DNA of 64,000 nt from an uncultured bacterium (GTDB lineage: Bacteria; Oederibacteriota; Oederibacteriia; Oederibacteriales; Oederibacteriaceae), in contig OZ218778.1 of NCBI GenBank assembly GCA_965112635.1, positions 2,368,001 to 2,432,000 of the forward strand, read 5' to 3'. Below are positions 41,109 through 51,174 of this stretch, piece by piece; the first letter of the stretch is position 1; each line of letters opens with the position of its first letter. The translations under genes were made by a program, and so were the position numbers. The notes beneath the pieces were generated by a model, which ran no database searches, was not told where the DNA came from, and saw only the letters and a list, made by a program, of their open reading frames with translations.

Positions 41109-43469
41109 TCAAAATATCGGCCCCCCAAGGGCCAATAAAACTATAAACAAAACACTGGCCAACGAAATGATAACCCCCCATCTGAAAGAACTGGGCTGGT
41201 AAATGAATTGTATTTCATGCCGGCCTTTTTCCAAAAACACCCCGCGGAACAGATAATTCGCGGGGACGATCTTTGTTTCCCGGCCGTCCACAAAGGCTCT
41301 CCAGCCGGGATAATAAGCGTCGGTGAACATCAAAAATCCGGGTTTATTAATTTTAGCCCGGATGACCGCTCTTTGCGAGCCATACTCAGCCAGGTCTTGC
41401 GGCTGAGCCGCCACAGGCTTTTTATTACTATTGATCAGGTCAACGAGCTGCTGGGTATCCCCCGCTACATCTTTCAGCGTTATCACTGCGCTGTGCCAGG
41501 GGTCGAACTTGGGCTCTTTTAGAATTTTGAGCGCCTCCGGCCCGTCCTTGGCCAAAGTAACATGCTCAAAAACACAGGCTCTCGGCAAACATCTCGGAGC
41601 CTCAAATATTTTGACCTCCTGGTCATAGACCTGTCTTAAGTTGGGCAAGCCCTTGGTTTGCGCGGGCCCGGCTTTTCTGAGGTCGTGTTCAGCCATCAGG
41701 TAACGGACCGAAGACAGTTCCAGGAACCGGGTCTCAGAGCCTGGCTCCCGTAAAAAATTGTTCATGAAATCCATATAACGGTTGGTGTAAAAAGCCTCCA
41801 GCAAACGCACGTCTTCCAGGCCGAACACGCCCGCCCAGTTGGGATTTAAAATATTGTCCTGGCCGAAAACACGGCTGTGGTCCTTGGTATGGGCCTGTAA
41901 AAACCCTATAAAAGGAGCGCCTTGATAGGGGTCTTGCCAGGCCAAAGGAAGCTTATCCGGCAGGTAAAAACAGGGGTAAAGAAAATTGAAGAACATCTCT
42001 GCCATGAGAAGGATGATAAAGACAGCGCCAAGAACGACCGGCCTTTTGCGCAAAAGGAAATACAGGCCCCCTGTGATTAGAATAAGGACGATCCCTAGCC
42101 CTAAATTCGCGTAAAAAAGGCTGCCTCTCCAGCTCGCTTCTTCAAAAAACCCTATAAAGAAAAATCCTGAGGCAAGGAATGCTATAAGAAAAAGTCCCAG
42201 GACCAGGCCCACTTGCCTGGAAGGGATGGTCTGCCGGCGAAGGGCGAACAGCCCGGCGCCGGCCAGTAAAGCCAAACCGAACTCTAAAAGCGGCTCCTGG
42301 TACTTTTGGAAAATGACCAGATTTAGGATAGGCAACCGGCCCAGCCACTGCGCGGGCGGGATGCCGTATCTTTTCAGGAGCATGAGGACACTGCAGACCG
42401 CTAGAAAAAGCACGAGCCAAAACAGGTTTTTGGTTTGGCGCGGCCGTCCCAGTAAAAGCAGGCTCAAAAAGGCGAACAAAGCGACCAGGATGCCCGTGTA
42501 ACCCCGGATAAAGGTGATGCCCAGGACTGGATTCTCATAGGTCGGCCCAAATATGAAAGGAAGCAGATAAGTGATGGCAAAACAAAACCCCTTGTCCTTG
42601 GTCAGGCCCGGGAGGTTTCCCTGTGCGTTCGCGTTCCGGTGCAGGTCATAGGACTGCCTTAACAATTCGAAAAATGGGACCAGCAGGATGGCCGCCAAAC
42701 CTAGACCCAGGACCACAGCCAGCCCTAAACCCAGGCTCAATCTTGTTCTTTGGCCGGAAAAAGTCCTGTCCGTGAATAAACGGTAAAAAAAATACATCAT
42801 GCCGAATCCAAGGACCAACAGGGCCGACTCCGGCATGCCTCCCGCCATGATGAGAAAAACAGTGATGGACAGGATGGGGAGGTTTTTCCTATCCCTCACC
42901 CGCAGCATCCTCTCCAATCCCCAGAAATAGGCCGGAAGCAGGACTTCCACGCTCAGGTGCGGCATATTAAGGAAAAGGATGTAGTAGCCGCAGAACATAA
43001 AAGCAATGGCGGAAAAGAGCGCGGACATCCTGTCCAGAAAATACGCCGCGAATAAATAGGTGAAAAAACCGGCGATCAAAAGCCTCAAGAGCAGGAACAG
43101 GTTGTAGGTATAGGGAGTGCAATCAGCGGACAAGAGCATGACCAACGGGTTAAAAGGCTGGGATTGCATATCCGCGGCCAGCGGGCTCCCAAAACCGTTA
43201 TAAGGATTCCAGAGCGGAAAAACATGTTCCTTCCACCATTGCCGCCCCACTACTTTTAAGAGCGGCTCCGTGAAGTTTGCCGGAGAAATATCGTCGGGAG
43301 TCCGGTGAAAAGGCGAAGGGAGAATATCTTTCCCGTAAGCGCCTTGGGCTAGGATGCTGGGAGCGTCATTGACGCTCAAGAGCAGGGTGCGCCGGCCTGT
43401 CACCGCGGGAAAGAAAAAAACGCATAATATCAGAATAAGGAAGAGGAGGGCCTTGAGCGGTGACTTCAC
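41109..43469 (-). CDS. YfhO-family polytopic membrane protein (GT-C-like)
   Basis: Motifs PLWNPY..GSPL.A, YYPGWRAFVDG and G.HEIQF.Y.P; many TM segments. Confidence 0.85.
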   Translation of the reverse strand: MKSPLKALLFLILILCVFFFPAVTGRRTLLLSVNDAPSILAQGAYGKDILPSPFHRTPDDISPANFTEPLLKVVGRQWWKEHVFPLWNPYNGFGSPLAADMQSQPFNPLVMLLSADCTPYTYNLFLLLRLLIAGFFTYLFAAYFLDRMSALFSAIAFMFCGYYILFLNMPHLSVEVLLPAYFWGLERMLRVRDRKNLPILSITVFLIMAGGMPESALLVLGFGMMYFFYRLFTDRTFSGQRTRLSLGLGLAVVLGLGLAAILLVPFFELLRQSYDLHRNANAQGNLPGLTKDKGFCFAITYLLPFIFGPTYENPVLGITFIRGYTGILVALFAFLSLLLLGRPRQTKNLFWLVLFLAVCSVLMLLKRYGIPPAQWLGRLPILNLVIFQKYQEPLLEFGLALLAGAGLFALRRQTIPSRQVGLVLGLFLIAFLASGFFFIGFFEEASWRGSLFYANLGLGIVLILITGGLYFLLRKRPVVLGAVFIILLMAEMFFNFLYPCFYLPDKLPLAWQDPYQGAPFIGFLQAHTKDHSRVFGQDNILNPNWAGVFGLEDVRLLEAFYTNRYMDFMNNFLREPGSETRFLELSSVRYLMAEHDLRKAGPAQTKGLPNLRQVYDQEVKIFEAPRCLPRACVFEHVTLAKDGPEALKILKEPKFDPWHSAVITLKDVAGDTQQLVDLINSNKKPVAAQPQDLAEYGSQRAVIRAKINKPGFLMFTDAYYPGWRAFVDGRETKIVPANYLFRGVFLEKGRHEIQFIYQPSSFRWGVIISLASVLFIVLLALGGPIF

Positions 43470-44884
43470 TTGTCTTTTTTCCGTGTTCCCTGGCCTTCAG
43501 GACCAAGGCCCGGGCAATGTCCGCAAACGCAAAGCTGGCGTAAATAAGAGAAGGAGTAGATGCCCATGGTATGCCCGTCGCTGAACTTGAACTGCAGGCC
43601 GTAGCGTCCGGTCGGGCTCACCTCAAGAACCGTGACTTTTTGAGGCAGGTCCTGTTCCTTTAACAGACGCTGGCCGGTCATTTCATCCACGCAGCCGGCG
43701 CACGGGCACAGGAACCGCAATCGCCGCGCCTGGTAGGTGCTTTCGTGGCCGTCGCTCCATTTGATCATCAACTGGCCCTCGTCATCGCCTTTGACTTCCA
43801 CCGGGAAGACCGTGACTTTGCTGGTCTCGATGTTGACTTTGCTGGCCTGGCTGGCCAGCCGGCCGGCAGCCTCCTGAAAGGCGCTGGCCGCTTGGGACTT
43901 TTTACCGGACCCGACAAGCGGTTTGCCCTGGTCGCCGGAAAGCACCAGACCGGGGTCCAGGGGAATTTCACCCAAAAACGGGATGCCCATGTTCTGGCAG
44001 GCCTTGGAAACTCCGCCATGACTGAAAATATCGCTCCTGGCCTGGCAGTGGGGACACACAAAATAGCTCATGTTCTCGAGCAGTCCGAGGATAGGCACCT
44101 TGACCTGCTGGAACATCCGGATGCCCTTGCGGGCGATATTTAAAGCGGCGTCCTGGGGAGTGCTGACGACCACCGCGCCGGTCAAAGGAACGGACTGGCA
44201 CAAGGTCAGCTGGATGTCCCCGGTTCCCGGAGGAAGGTCAATGAGCAGGTAGTCCAGCTCGCCCCATTCCACTTTGGCCAGAAAATCCTGGATGACCCGG
44301 CTGGCCAGCGGTCCCCGCCAGACCACGGGCGTATCCGCGTCAGTCAAAAACCCCATGGAAATGACCTTAACCCCGAAAGCAAGCACGGGTTTCATCCTGC
44401 CGTCGTCCATGATCTCCGGCTGGGCTTTGGTCAAACCCATCATCAGAGGGATGCTGGGGCCGTAAACATCCGCGTCCAACAGTCCCACCTTCGCCCCGGT
44501 TTGCTGGAGGGCCAGGGCCAGATTGACGCTGGTCGTGGATTTACCCACTCCCCCTTTGCCGCTGGCCACGGCGATCACATTTTTCACACCGGATAAAAGT
44601 TCTTCTTTGGAGGATGTCGAGGAGCCCTGGCGGACCCGCGCGGTCAGCCGGACATCCACTTCTTTGACGCCCGGGAGGTTGAGCACGGCTTTCCGGCTTT
44701 GCGACTGGAAGAGTTCCCTGATGGGGCAGGCGGGGGTGGTCAGCTCCAAATCAAAACTGACCTTGCCTCCCTCGATCTTGATATTCTTGACAAAACCAAG
44801 GCTCACGATATCGCGGCCTAGGTCCGGGTCCACGATGCTCTTTAGCGCTCCTAAGACATCCCGTTCATTTATGCCTGCCATCAC
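43466..44884 (-). CDS. apbC: Mrp/ApbC Fe-S carrier ATPase with DUF59 and a C-terminal DUF971 domain
   Basis: DPDLGRDIV..TTPACP, SGKGGVGKST, DLPPGTGD and ENMS..CPHC; C-terminal WSDGH..LR..CPCAGC..FSDGH..GIY. Confidence 0.9.
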   Translation of the reverse strand: MMAGINERDVLGALKSIVDPDLGRDIVSLGFVKNIKIEGGKVSFDLELTTPACPIRELFQSQSRKAVLNLPGVKEVDVRLTARVRQGSSTSSKEELLSGVKNVIAVASGKGGVGKSTTSVNLALALQQTGAKVGLLDADVYGPSIPLMMGLTKAQPEIMDDGRMKPVLAFGVKVISMGFLTDADTPVVWRGPLASRVIQDFLAKVEWGELDYLLIDLPPGTGDIQLTLCQSVPLTGAVVVSTPQDAALNIARKGIRMFQQVKVPILGLLENMSYFVCPHCQARSDIFSHGGVSKACQNMGIPFLGEIPLDPGLVLSGDQGKPLVGSGKKSQAASAFQEAAGRLASQASKVNIETSKVTVFPVEVKGDDEGQLMIKWSDGHESTYQARRLRFLCPCAGCVDEMTGQRLLKEQDLPQKVTVLEVSPTGRYGLQFKFSDGHTMGIYSFSYLRQLCVCGHCPGLGPEGQGTRKKDK

Positions 44885-44893
44885 CCACCCGCA

Positions 44894-46369
44894 CTAAAAC
44901 GGATTTTCATTCTTGTAATAGGTACCTTTGGGCAGGTTGAAATACACGTCCTTGACTCCCAGCATCTTGACCGCGCTGAATAGCGTCTTGGCAATATGCT
45001 GGAAACCCACGGCGGTGTGGTGCGGGAAATGCTGGCCGATCAGGATATGTCTGTAAAAGCGGCCCATTTCCTTGACGGCGAATACGCCGATACCGCCGAA
45101 CGACTGCGGCTCAATGTCCAAAACCTCTCCTTGGGCCATGTAGCTTTTGAGAGTGGTATCCGCCGTGGACTGCAGCCTGAAGATGGTGATGTCTCCGGCC
45201 TTGATCCTGCCCTCCAGGGTTCCCCGGGTGATCTGGGGGTCTTTGCCCGGCTCCATCAGACGGTGCATGATGAGCTGGTATTTCAGGGAGCAATTGGCCA
45301 TGCAACTGGAAGGCGTATTGCCGCAGTGAAAACCCATGAACAGGTCGGTAGGACCGTATCCTTTGACTTTTTTACCGGCTTTTTGGGCCATATCACTGGG
45401 CACGGTGTTGTTGATGTCCAGTAAGGTGGCCGGTTGGAATGTCGCCAGGGTGGCCATATACTGGCTCAAGGCCCCGTAAATATCAACTTCGCAAGCCACC
45501 GGGATGCCCTTTTGGGCCATCCTGGAATTGACATAGCAGGGGACAAAAGTGAAATACTTTTCAAAAGAAGGCCAGCACTTGTTGGCAAAGATGCCGAATT
45601 CCGAGGCGCCCAGGTTCTTATCCATAAAATTGGTCAATCCCACTTCGTACTGGGCGAGTTTCTTCAACATGTCGGGATAAGTATTTCCCCTGCCCAGCTC
45701 TTTGGCCATTTCCTTGGCCACGCTGTCGATCTTCGGGTCTTTGGCCGCCGACTGGCACACGTCATAAAGGTCCAGCTCGCTGTTCTCCATGACCTCGATC
45801 TTCAGGTCATAAAGGGGCTTGATAGGAGCGTTGCAAGCCAGGAAATCCTGGGGTCTGGGACCGAAAGCGAATATCTTGAGCTTGGAAAGCCCCAAAATGA
45901 CCCTGGCCACCGGGATGAACCCGCTGATCATCCCCGCGACTTCAGACGCGGTGCCCAAGGGGTATTCTGGGATATAAGGGAGGAGATGCCTCAGGTTAAA
46001 ATTGTAGGAGGCATTGAGCATACCGCAGTAAGCGTCTCCCCTGCCGTTGATCAGGTCTTTGCCCGACTCTTCCGCCGCCGCGCAAAGCATGACCGGCCCC
46101 CCGAACTTCTGGGCCAGCATGGAGGTGGGGCCTTCGGGCCCGAAATTTCCCAGGTAAATGACCAGGCCGTTGATACCCTGGGCCTTGATCTCTCCCAGTG
46201 CTTTCAGGACATCGCTCTCGTTCTCAATGACGGTTTTTATCTCACTGACGCCGACCTTTTGCTTGGCGCATTCTTCCAGCACCCTCTTTTTTCTGTTTTT
46301 GGACAGCTCAATGGGGAAACAATCCCGGCTCACCGCCACCAGACCTAACCTGACTTCAGGCAACTTCAT
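44894..46369 (-). CDS. L-fucose/L-arabinose isomerase-family protein
   Basis: Motifs GNFGPE, RGDAYCG, CWP, CEVD, FHCGN and FPHH. Confidence 0.8.
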   Translation of the reverse strand: MKLPEVRLGLVAVSRDCFPIELSKNRKKRVLEECAKQKVGVSEIKTVIENESDVLKALGEIKAQGINGLVIYLGNFGPEGPTSMLAQKFGGPVMLCAAAEESGKDLINGRGDAYCGMLNASYNFNLRHLLPYIPEYPLGTASEVAGMISGFIPVARVILGLSKLKIFAFGPRPQDFLACNAPIKPLYDLKIEVMENSELDLYDVCQSAAKDPKIDSVAKEMAKELGRGNTYPDMLKKLAQYEVGLTNFMDKNLGASEFGIFANKCWPSFEKYFTFVPCYVNSRMAQKGIPVACEVDIYGALSQYMATLATFQPATLLDINNTVPSDMAQKAGKKVKGYGPTDLFMGFHCGNTPSSCMANCSLKYQLIMHRLMEPGKDPQITRGTLEGRIKAGDITIFRLQSTADTTLKSYMAQGEVLDIEPQSFGGIGVFAVKEMGRFYRHILIGQHFPHHTAVGFQHIAKTLFSAVKMLGVKDVYFNLPKGTYYKNENPF

Positions 46370-46385
46370 AGCTTCCTCCTTTTTA

Positions 46386-48062
46386 TTATTGATTGACTTC
46401 GTTTTTGATCTTTAAAAGGTCCTTCATGACATGATAAAGGCTCCCCTTGAAATCCGGAGTGCCGAACGCGTCATGCAGTTCCCTGTATAGCTTGAATAAA
46501 CGGTCGTATATTTTTTGGTTCTCGGGTTTAGGCGCGTAAGAAACCTTTTTGAGCCCGCACATGGCCGACTGGGCCTGTTCTACGCTTTGAAAACCGCTTT
46601 TTGCCGGCCCGGCGCTCACCGCCCCGAACAGGGCCGCGCCCAGGGCGCAGGTCTGCGAAGAACGGGAGACCCTCATGGGCCTGCCAAACACATCCGCGTA
46701 GATCTGCATTAAAAAGGAGTTTTTCTCGGCGATACCGCCGCAATTGATGATCTCGTTCACTTTGACCCCGTACTTTTCGAACTGGTCAATGATGACCCTG
46801 GCTCCGTAAGCCGTGGCCTCGATCAAAGCCCGGTAAATCTCGTCCTGAGTGGTGTGCAAGGTCTGTCCTAACAATAATCCCGACAGCTGGGCATCCACCA
46901 AAATAGTCCTGTTGCCGTTATTCCAATCCAGGGCCAATAACCCATTTTGGCCGGGTTTAGTCTTGGCGGCTTTTTTGGTCAAGGCCTCATGCGACAAAGA
47001 GGACTGGTGCATGACGAACCAGTTAAAGATGTCTCCCACAGCCGACTGGCCGGCCTCCAGACCGTAGTAACCCGGTAGGATCGAGCCGTCCACGATACCG
47101 CATAATCCCGGAATGTCTCCCAGCCTGTTCATGTTGGGCGCCACCATGGTGTCGCAGGTAGAGGTGCCGATAATCTTGACCAAAGCGCCGGGCTTGATGC
47201 CCGCTCCCACAGCGCCCATATGGGCGTCAAAAGCGCCGACACTGACCGCCGTGTCCTGCCTGAGGCCGAACATTTTGGCGTACCGGGGAGTGATCGTCCC
47301 GGCCTTTACATCAGAGGTATAAGTAGTGGAAAAAAGCCTTTCCCTGAGAGCCCCTAATTCGGGGTCCAAGGCGGATAAAAATTCCCTGCTGGGAAGTCCG
47401 CCCCACTGGGGATTGAACATGGCCTTGTGCCCCGCGGCGCACACTCCCCTTTTCATGGTCAAGGGGTCCTGTAATCCCGTAAGCACACCCGGGACAAAAT
47501 CCGCCAGCTCCACCCAGCTGTAGGCTGCCTGGAAAACCTTGGGCGCCACGCGCCGGCAGTGGAGGATCTTGGAAAAGAACCATTCTGAGGAGTACGAGCC
47601 GCCGCATTTGGCCAGATAAGGCTCGTTGCGCTTCTTGGCTAACTCGGTGATCTCCGCAGCTTCAGCATAGCCGGTATGGTCTTTCCAAAGCCAGGCCAGG
47701 GCGTTGGGCTCATTCTTGAACTCCTTATGGAAGGCCAGAGGCTGGCCTTGCTGGTCAACGGGGATGGGCGTGCTGCCTGTGGTATCCACGCCGATTCCTA
47801 TCACTTGGTCCCGTCGGAAACCCTTGTGTGTCTCAGCCTGTTTGAGCGCTTTTCGGGCGGCTACTTCCATGCCTTTGACATAATCGGCCGGATGCTGCCT
47901 GGCTAAGAGATTGTTCTTTTTATCCAGGATGATCCCATGTTCGCCTTTTTCGTAATTGAAAATATGGGTGCCTATTTCCTGTCCGTTCCCGATATCCACG
48001 ACCAAAGCCCTTACGGAATTGGTCCCGTAATCCAGACCTAGCGCGTATTTAGCCTCACCCAT
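46386..48062 (-). CDS. araB: Ribulokinase (FGGY family)
   Basis: Motifs GLDYGTNSVR, GVDTTGST, WKDHT, YSSEW, AFDAH, EAGQSA and LDWNNGNR. Confidence 0.92.
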   Translation of the reverse strand: MGEAKYALGLDYGTNSVRALVVDIGNGQEIGTHIFNYEKGEHGIILDKKNNLLARQHPADYVKGMEVAARKALKQAETHKGFRRDQVIGIGVDTTGSTPIPVDQQGQPLAFHKEFKNEPNALAWLWKDHTGYAEAAEITELAKKRNEPYLAKCGGSYSSEWFFSKILHCRRVAPKVFQAAYSWVELADFVPGVLTGLQDPLTMKRGVCAAGHKAMFNPQWGGLPSREFLSALDPELGALRERLFSTTYTSDVKAGTITPRYAKMFGLRQDTAVSVGAFDAHMGAVGAGIKPGALVKIIGTSTCDTMVAPNMNRLGDIPGLCGIVDGSILPGYYGLEAGQSAVGDIFNWFVMHQSSLSHEALTKKAAKTKPGQNGLLALDWNNGNRTILVDAQLSGLLLGQTLHTTQDEIYRALIEATAYGARVIIDQFEKYGVKVNEIINCGGIAEKNSFLMQIYADVFGRPMRVSRSSQTCALGAALFGAVSAGPAKSGFQSVEQAQSAMCGLKKVSYAPKPENQKIYDRLFKLYRELHDAFGTPDFKGSLYHVMKDLLKIKNEVNQ

Positions 48063-48077
48063 TGCTATCTCCTTTCA

Positions 48078-49109
48078 TCATAATTCAATAACGGCCTTGA
48101 TCACGCCGTCCCGGTATTTTTCAACCAGCTTGAACCCTTGCTCTATTTGGTCCAGGGGAAAACGATGGGTTATTATATCTTTAATTTCGACTTTTCCAGA
48201 AGAAATATCCTTGATGCATCGGGGATAATTGTTCTTATAACGGCGCACGCATTTTATGACCAGTTCTTTGCGCCGCGAAATATGGGCCGGGATTTCTATA
48301 TTATCCACCTGCGGTATCCCTATCCACACTACCCTGCCGCCGACCCTCGCTATCTCGACTGCCTGCCCCAAAGTTTCTCTGGCGCCGGCTGCCTCAAAAA
48401 CTACGTCTACGCCACGCTTGCGGGTCAACCTGCTGATCTCTTTAAAAAGATCCTGGGTGGGCGGATGGATCGCCGTGACTTCCGTATATTTGCTCACGAA
48501 ATCCAAGCGTTCTTTGATCAGATCTATGGCAAATATTTGTTTTACACCGGCCAGCCTGGCTGCTTTTAAAGTAGAAATACCGATCGGCCCGCATCCGATT
48601 ATGGCGATAGATTCACCCTTTTTCAGCCCGGCCAGCTCGACCGCATAGTCGCCCACCGCATAGGTTTCCACCAAACCCGCCTCGTCAAAACTCATGTTTT
48701 CAGGGACCGGGAATAGACAATGCGTCGGCCAAGCCAGAAACTCCCGGAAAGCCCCGTGGTAAGGAGGCGTTCCCAGGAATTTAACATCCGGGCAGATGTT
48801 ATATCGTCCCGACTTGCAGTGTTCGCATTTGCCGCAAGGCACTCCGGGCTCAACAGCCACTCGCATTCCCGGCGCAAGCCTCGCGACTTCTTTTCCCACG
48901 CTGACCACGATACCGCTGGGCTCATGTCCCAGGATATGCGGACCCCGGACCACCTGATTGCCGATCCGGCCATGCCTGAAATAGTGCACGTCGGATCCGC
49001 AAATACCTACGGATTTGATCTGGACCAGTGCTTCATGCTCCAGGAGCTTTGGTTTTTCCATCTCCTCAATTTTTATCTTTTTAATGCCCCGCAGGACAGC
49101 CGCTCGCAT
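48078..49109 (-). CDS. Zn-dependent polyol (sorbitol/xylitol/arabitol-type) dehydrogenase
   Basis: GICGSDVH, GHE, the C-x2-C-x2-C-x7-C structural Zn site and GCGPIG. Confidence 0.9.
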   Translation of the reverse strand: MRAAVLRGIKKIKIEEMEKPKLLEHEALVQIKSVGICGSDVHYFRHGRIGNQVVRGPHILGHEPSGIVVSVGKEVARLAPGMRVAVEPGVPCGKCEHCKSGRYNICPDVKFLGTPPYHGAFREFLAWPTHCLFPVPENMSFDEAGLVETYAVGDYAVELAGLKKGESIAIIGCGPIGISTLKAARLAGVKQIFAIDLIKERLDFVSKYTEVTAIHPPTQDLFKEISRLTRKRGVDVVFEAAGARETLGQAVEIARVGGRVVWIGIPQVDNIEIPAHISRRKELVIKCVRRYKNNYPRCIKDISSGKVEIKDIITHRFPLDQIEQGFKLVEKYRDGVIKAVIEL

Positions 49110-49215
49110 ACTTTTGTATCAATCTCCCTTTCACTTGGGCTATAATTATTTTTAATAGTGTAACCCTGAACCACATGTTTTTTCTACTATCTAATTATCA
49201 GGAAAGGAGCCAGTC

Positions 49216-50229
49216 GTGACCAAGCGGGATGTGGTCAAGATGGCCCTGGACTTCAAAAAACCTCCCTATGTCCCCTGGGAATTCGGTTTCACCCAGGAAG
49301 CAATGGAAAAACTCATTCAACATTGCGGCAAAAATGGTCTGGAAGGTCTTCTACAAAACCATCTCCTGTACCTGGGCAACGACATCGGATATGTTACTCC
49401 TGTGGACAACGGCCGCTTCAGGGATATTTTTGGGGTGGTCTGGGACCGCAGCATAGATAAAGATATCGGGGTCGTGAAAAACTGCGTTTTACCTGAGCCG
49501 ACCCTCAAAGACCTCAAACTCCCGGACCCCGTGAACCCTACGTTCTTTAAGGATATTCCCAGGGCGATCAAAGAAAACGGCGACTGCTTCCGTATGTTCG
49601 CCATAGGTTTCTCGCTTTACGAAAGGGCCTGGACACTGCGGGGCATGGAAAATCTGATGATGGATTTTCACGATAACCCCGGGTTTGTCCATGACCTTCT
49701 GAATACCATCGCTGACTATAATATCACCCAGTTCAAGGAAGCTATGAAATATGACATCGACGCGGTGAAATTCGGGGACGACTGGGGCCAGCAGCGCGGC
49801 CTGCAAATGGGCCCGAAGCTGTGGCGCGAGTTCATCTATCCTGTCTTGAAAAGGATGTATGGCGAAGTAAAAAAGGCCGGTAAGTATGTGATCATACATT
49901 CCTGCGGCGATGTGGATGAAATTTTTGACGATCTGGTCGGCATCGGGCTGAATTGCTTCAACCCCTTCCAGCCTGAAGTCATGGACACGGACATGCTCAT
50001 GAAAAAATATTTCGGGAAGCTGGCCTTTTTTGGCGGCCTGTCCACCCAAAAAACCCTGCCCTTCGGGACTGCGGAGGATGTGCGCTGCGAAACCCTACAC
50101 CTGCTGGAAATGGGGTCCCGGAGCGGATATATTTTCGCTCCGGCCCATGCCGTTGAAGGCGATGTGCCCTTGGAGAACATGCTGGCCTTTATCGAACTCG
50201 CCAAACAGCAAAAAAATTTCAGATCTTAA
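49216..50229 (+). CDS. URO-D/MtaA-CmuA family protein
   Basis: Motifs LRGMENLMMD, GDDWGQQ, HSCG, NPFQP and YIFAPAH. Confidence 0.85.
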   Translation: MTKRDVVKMALDFKKPPYVPWEFGFTQEAMEKLIQHCGKNGLEGLLQNHLLYLGNDIGYVTPVDNGRFRDIFGVVWDRSIDKDIGVVKNCVLPEPTLKDLKLPDPVNPTFFKDIPRAIKENGDCFRMFAIGFSLYERAWTLRGMENLMMDFHDNPGFVHDLLNTIADYNITQFKEAMKYDIDAVKFGDDWGQQRGLQMGPKLWREFIYPVLKRMYGEVKKAGKYVIIHSCGDVDEIFDDLVGIGLNCFNPFQPEVMDTDMLMKKYFGKLAFFGGLSTQKTLPFGTAEDVRCETLHLLEMGSRSGYIFAPAHAVEGDVPLENMLAFIELAKQQKNFRS

Positions 50230-50235
50230 TAAAAA

Positions 50236-50310
50236 TGGTGCGCCTGGGAGGAATTGAACCTCTACGGGTGGCTTCGGAGGCCACTGCTCTATCCGTTGAG
50301 CTACAGGCGC
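50236..50310 (-). tRNA. tRNA-Arg(CCG)
   Basis: GCGCCTGTAGCTCAACGG...GTGGC-CT-CCG-AA-GCCAC...CAGGCGCACCA; one A-C mismatch in the T stem. Confidence 0.93.
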
Positions 50311-50640
50311 ATTGGCGCAACTTAAATAATGCGATTCCACTCAAGGCGCCCTGTGTCGTAACAGCCTTACGACGCAGGCGCAATTGCATTTTGCAAAGCA
50401 AAAATATAATAAAGCGTTTCAATACAATTGCAAACGCATCAAACAGCCGTTCGATGCAGGCGCATGTGATGTTTCATCATACAAAAGCGTAAAATTTTTA
50501 TCAAATCAATAAACAAAATTTGCTTTTTGCAATTGCCATTTACAATGTTAATTTTGCAGCCTTTCCAATGATATTCTAATGTTTCTCCATAATTATTAGT
50601 ATCGAATAAGCCTCAACTCTATACATCACATGGAAAAAAG

Positions 50641-50765
50641 TTGCAAACTATTATTTTTTCGGTATGATATTCCCCATATTCTATGTTGCTGTGCCGTTCC
50701 AAATCAGCAAGTGGTTTGTGTTGAACACGGAACAAAGCAACAATATCAGAAAGGAGATAGTTGTA
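50641..50765 (+). promoter_or_regulatory. Putative promoter and structured 5' UTR of the cold-shock gene
   Basis: TTGCAA, 16-nt spacer, TATGAT; the leader is closed by a TGTTGCT/AGCAACA stem; AAGGAG SD. Confidence 0.5.
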
Positions 50766-50966
50766 ATGGCTAAAGGTACAGTAAAGTGGTTTAACGAAAA
50801 GAAAGGGTACGGTTTTATCACCCCTGAAGAAGGGAATGATGTATTCGTACATTTTTCGGGGATCAAGGGCGACGGTTTTAAGACCCTTCCCGAAGGAGCC
50901 CAGGTTGAGTTTGATATCACCGAAGGTTCCAAAGGACCACAAGCGATCAACGTAGTGAAACTCTAA
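50766..50966 (+). CDS. cspA: Cold-shock protein (CspA family)
   Basis: [18 protein letters not shown] and DVFVHFS (RNP1/RNP2). Confidence 0.96.
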   Translation: MAKGTVKWFNEKKGYGFITPEEGNDVFVHFSGIKGDGFKTLPEGAQVEFDITEGSKGPQAINVVKL

Positions 50967-50985
50967 ACAACAAAAGAAAACTAAT

Positions 50986-51020
50986 AAAGCCCCTGGGAAC
51001 TTGCACCAGGGGCTTTTTTT
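50986..51020 (+). terminator. Intrinsic terminator after csp
   Basis: AAAGCCCCTGG / CCAGGGGCTTT followed by a T run. Confidence 0.9.
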
Positions 51021-51065
51021 ATTTAAAAATTTCTTTTAGAACCTTAATTTTGTTCTGCTCAAATT

Positions 51066-51174
51066 AAAAAAAGCCGTACACTTTAAGATAACTGCTTGCC
51101 TTTCCGAGCCCAGCTTGTTTAAGCCTGGCTTTCTGCCCTGAGCAGTGGCAAACACCTTAAAAATGTACGGCTAT
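51066..51174 (-). ncRNA. Candidate orphan structured small RNA
   Basis: Closing stem AGCCGTACA/TGTACGGCT, inner stems, a U tract, and an upstream TTGAAT-16-TATCAT. Confidence 0.45.

Noticed and set aside
51066-51174. SRP 4.5S RNA, hammerhead or c-di-GMP riboswitch identity for the structured element
   Set aside because: It lacks the SRP CAGG-stem-GNRA-stem-AGCA motif and the hammerhead CUGANGA core, and has no downstream gene; kept as an unknown ncRNA candidate.
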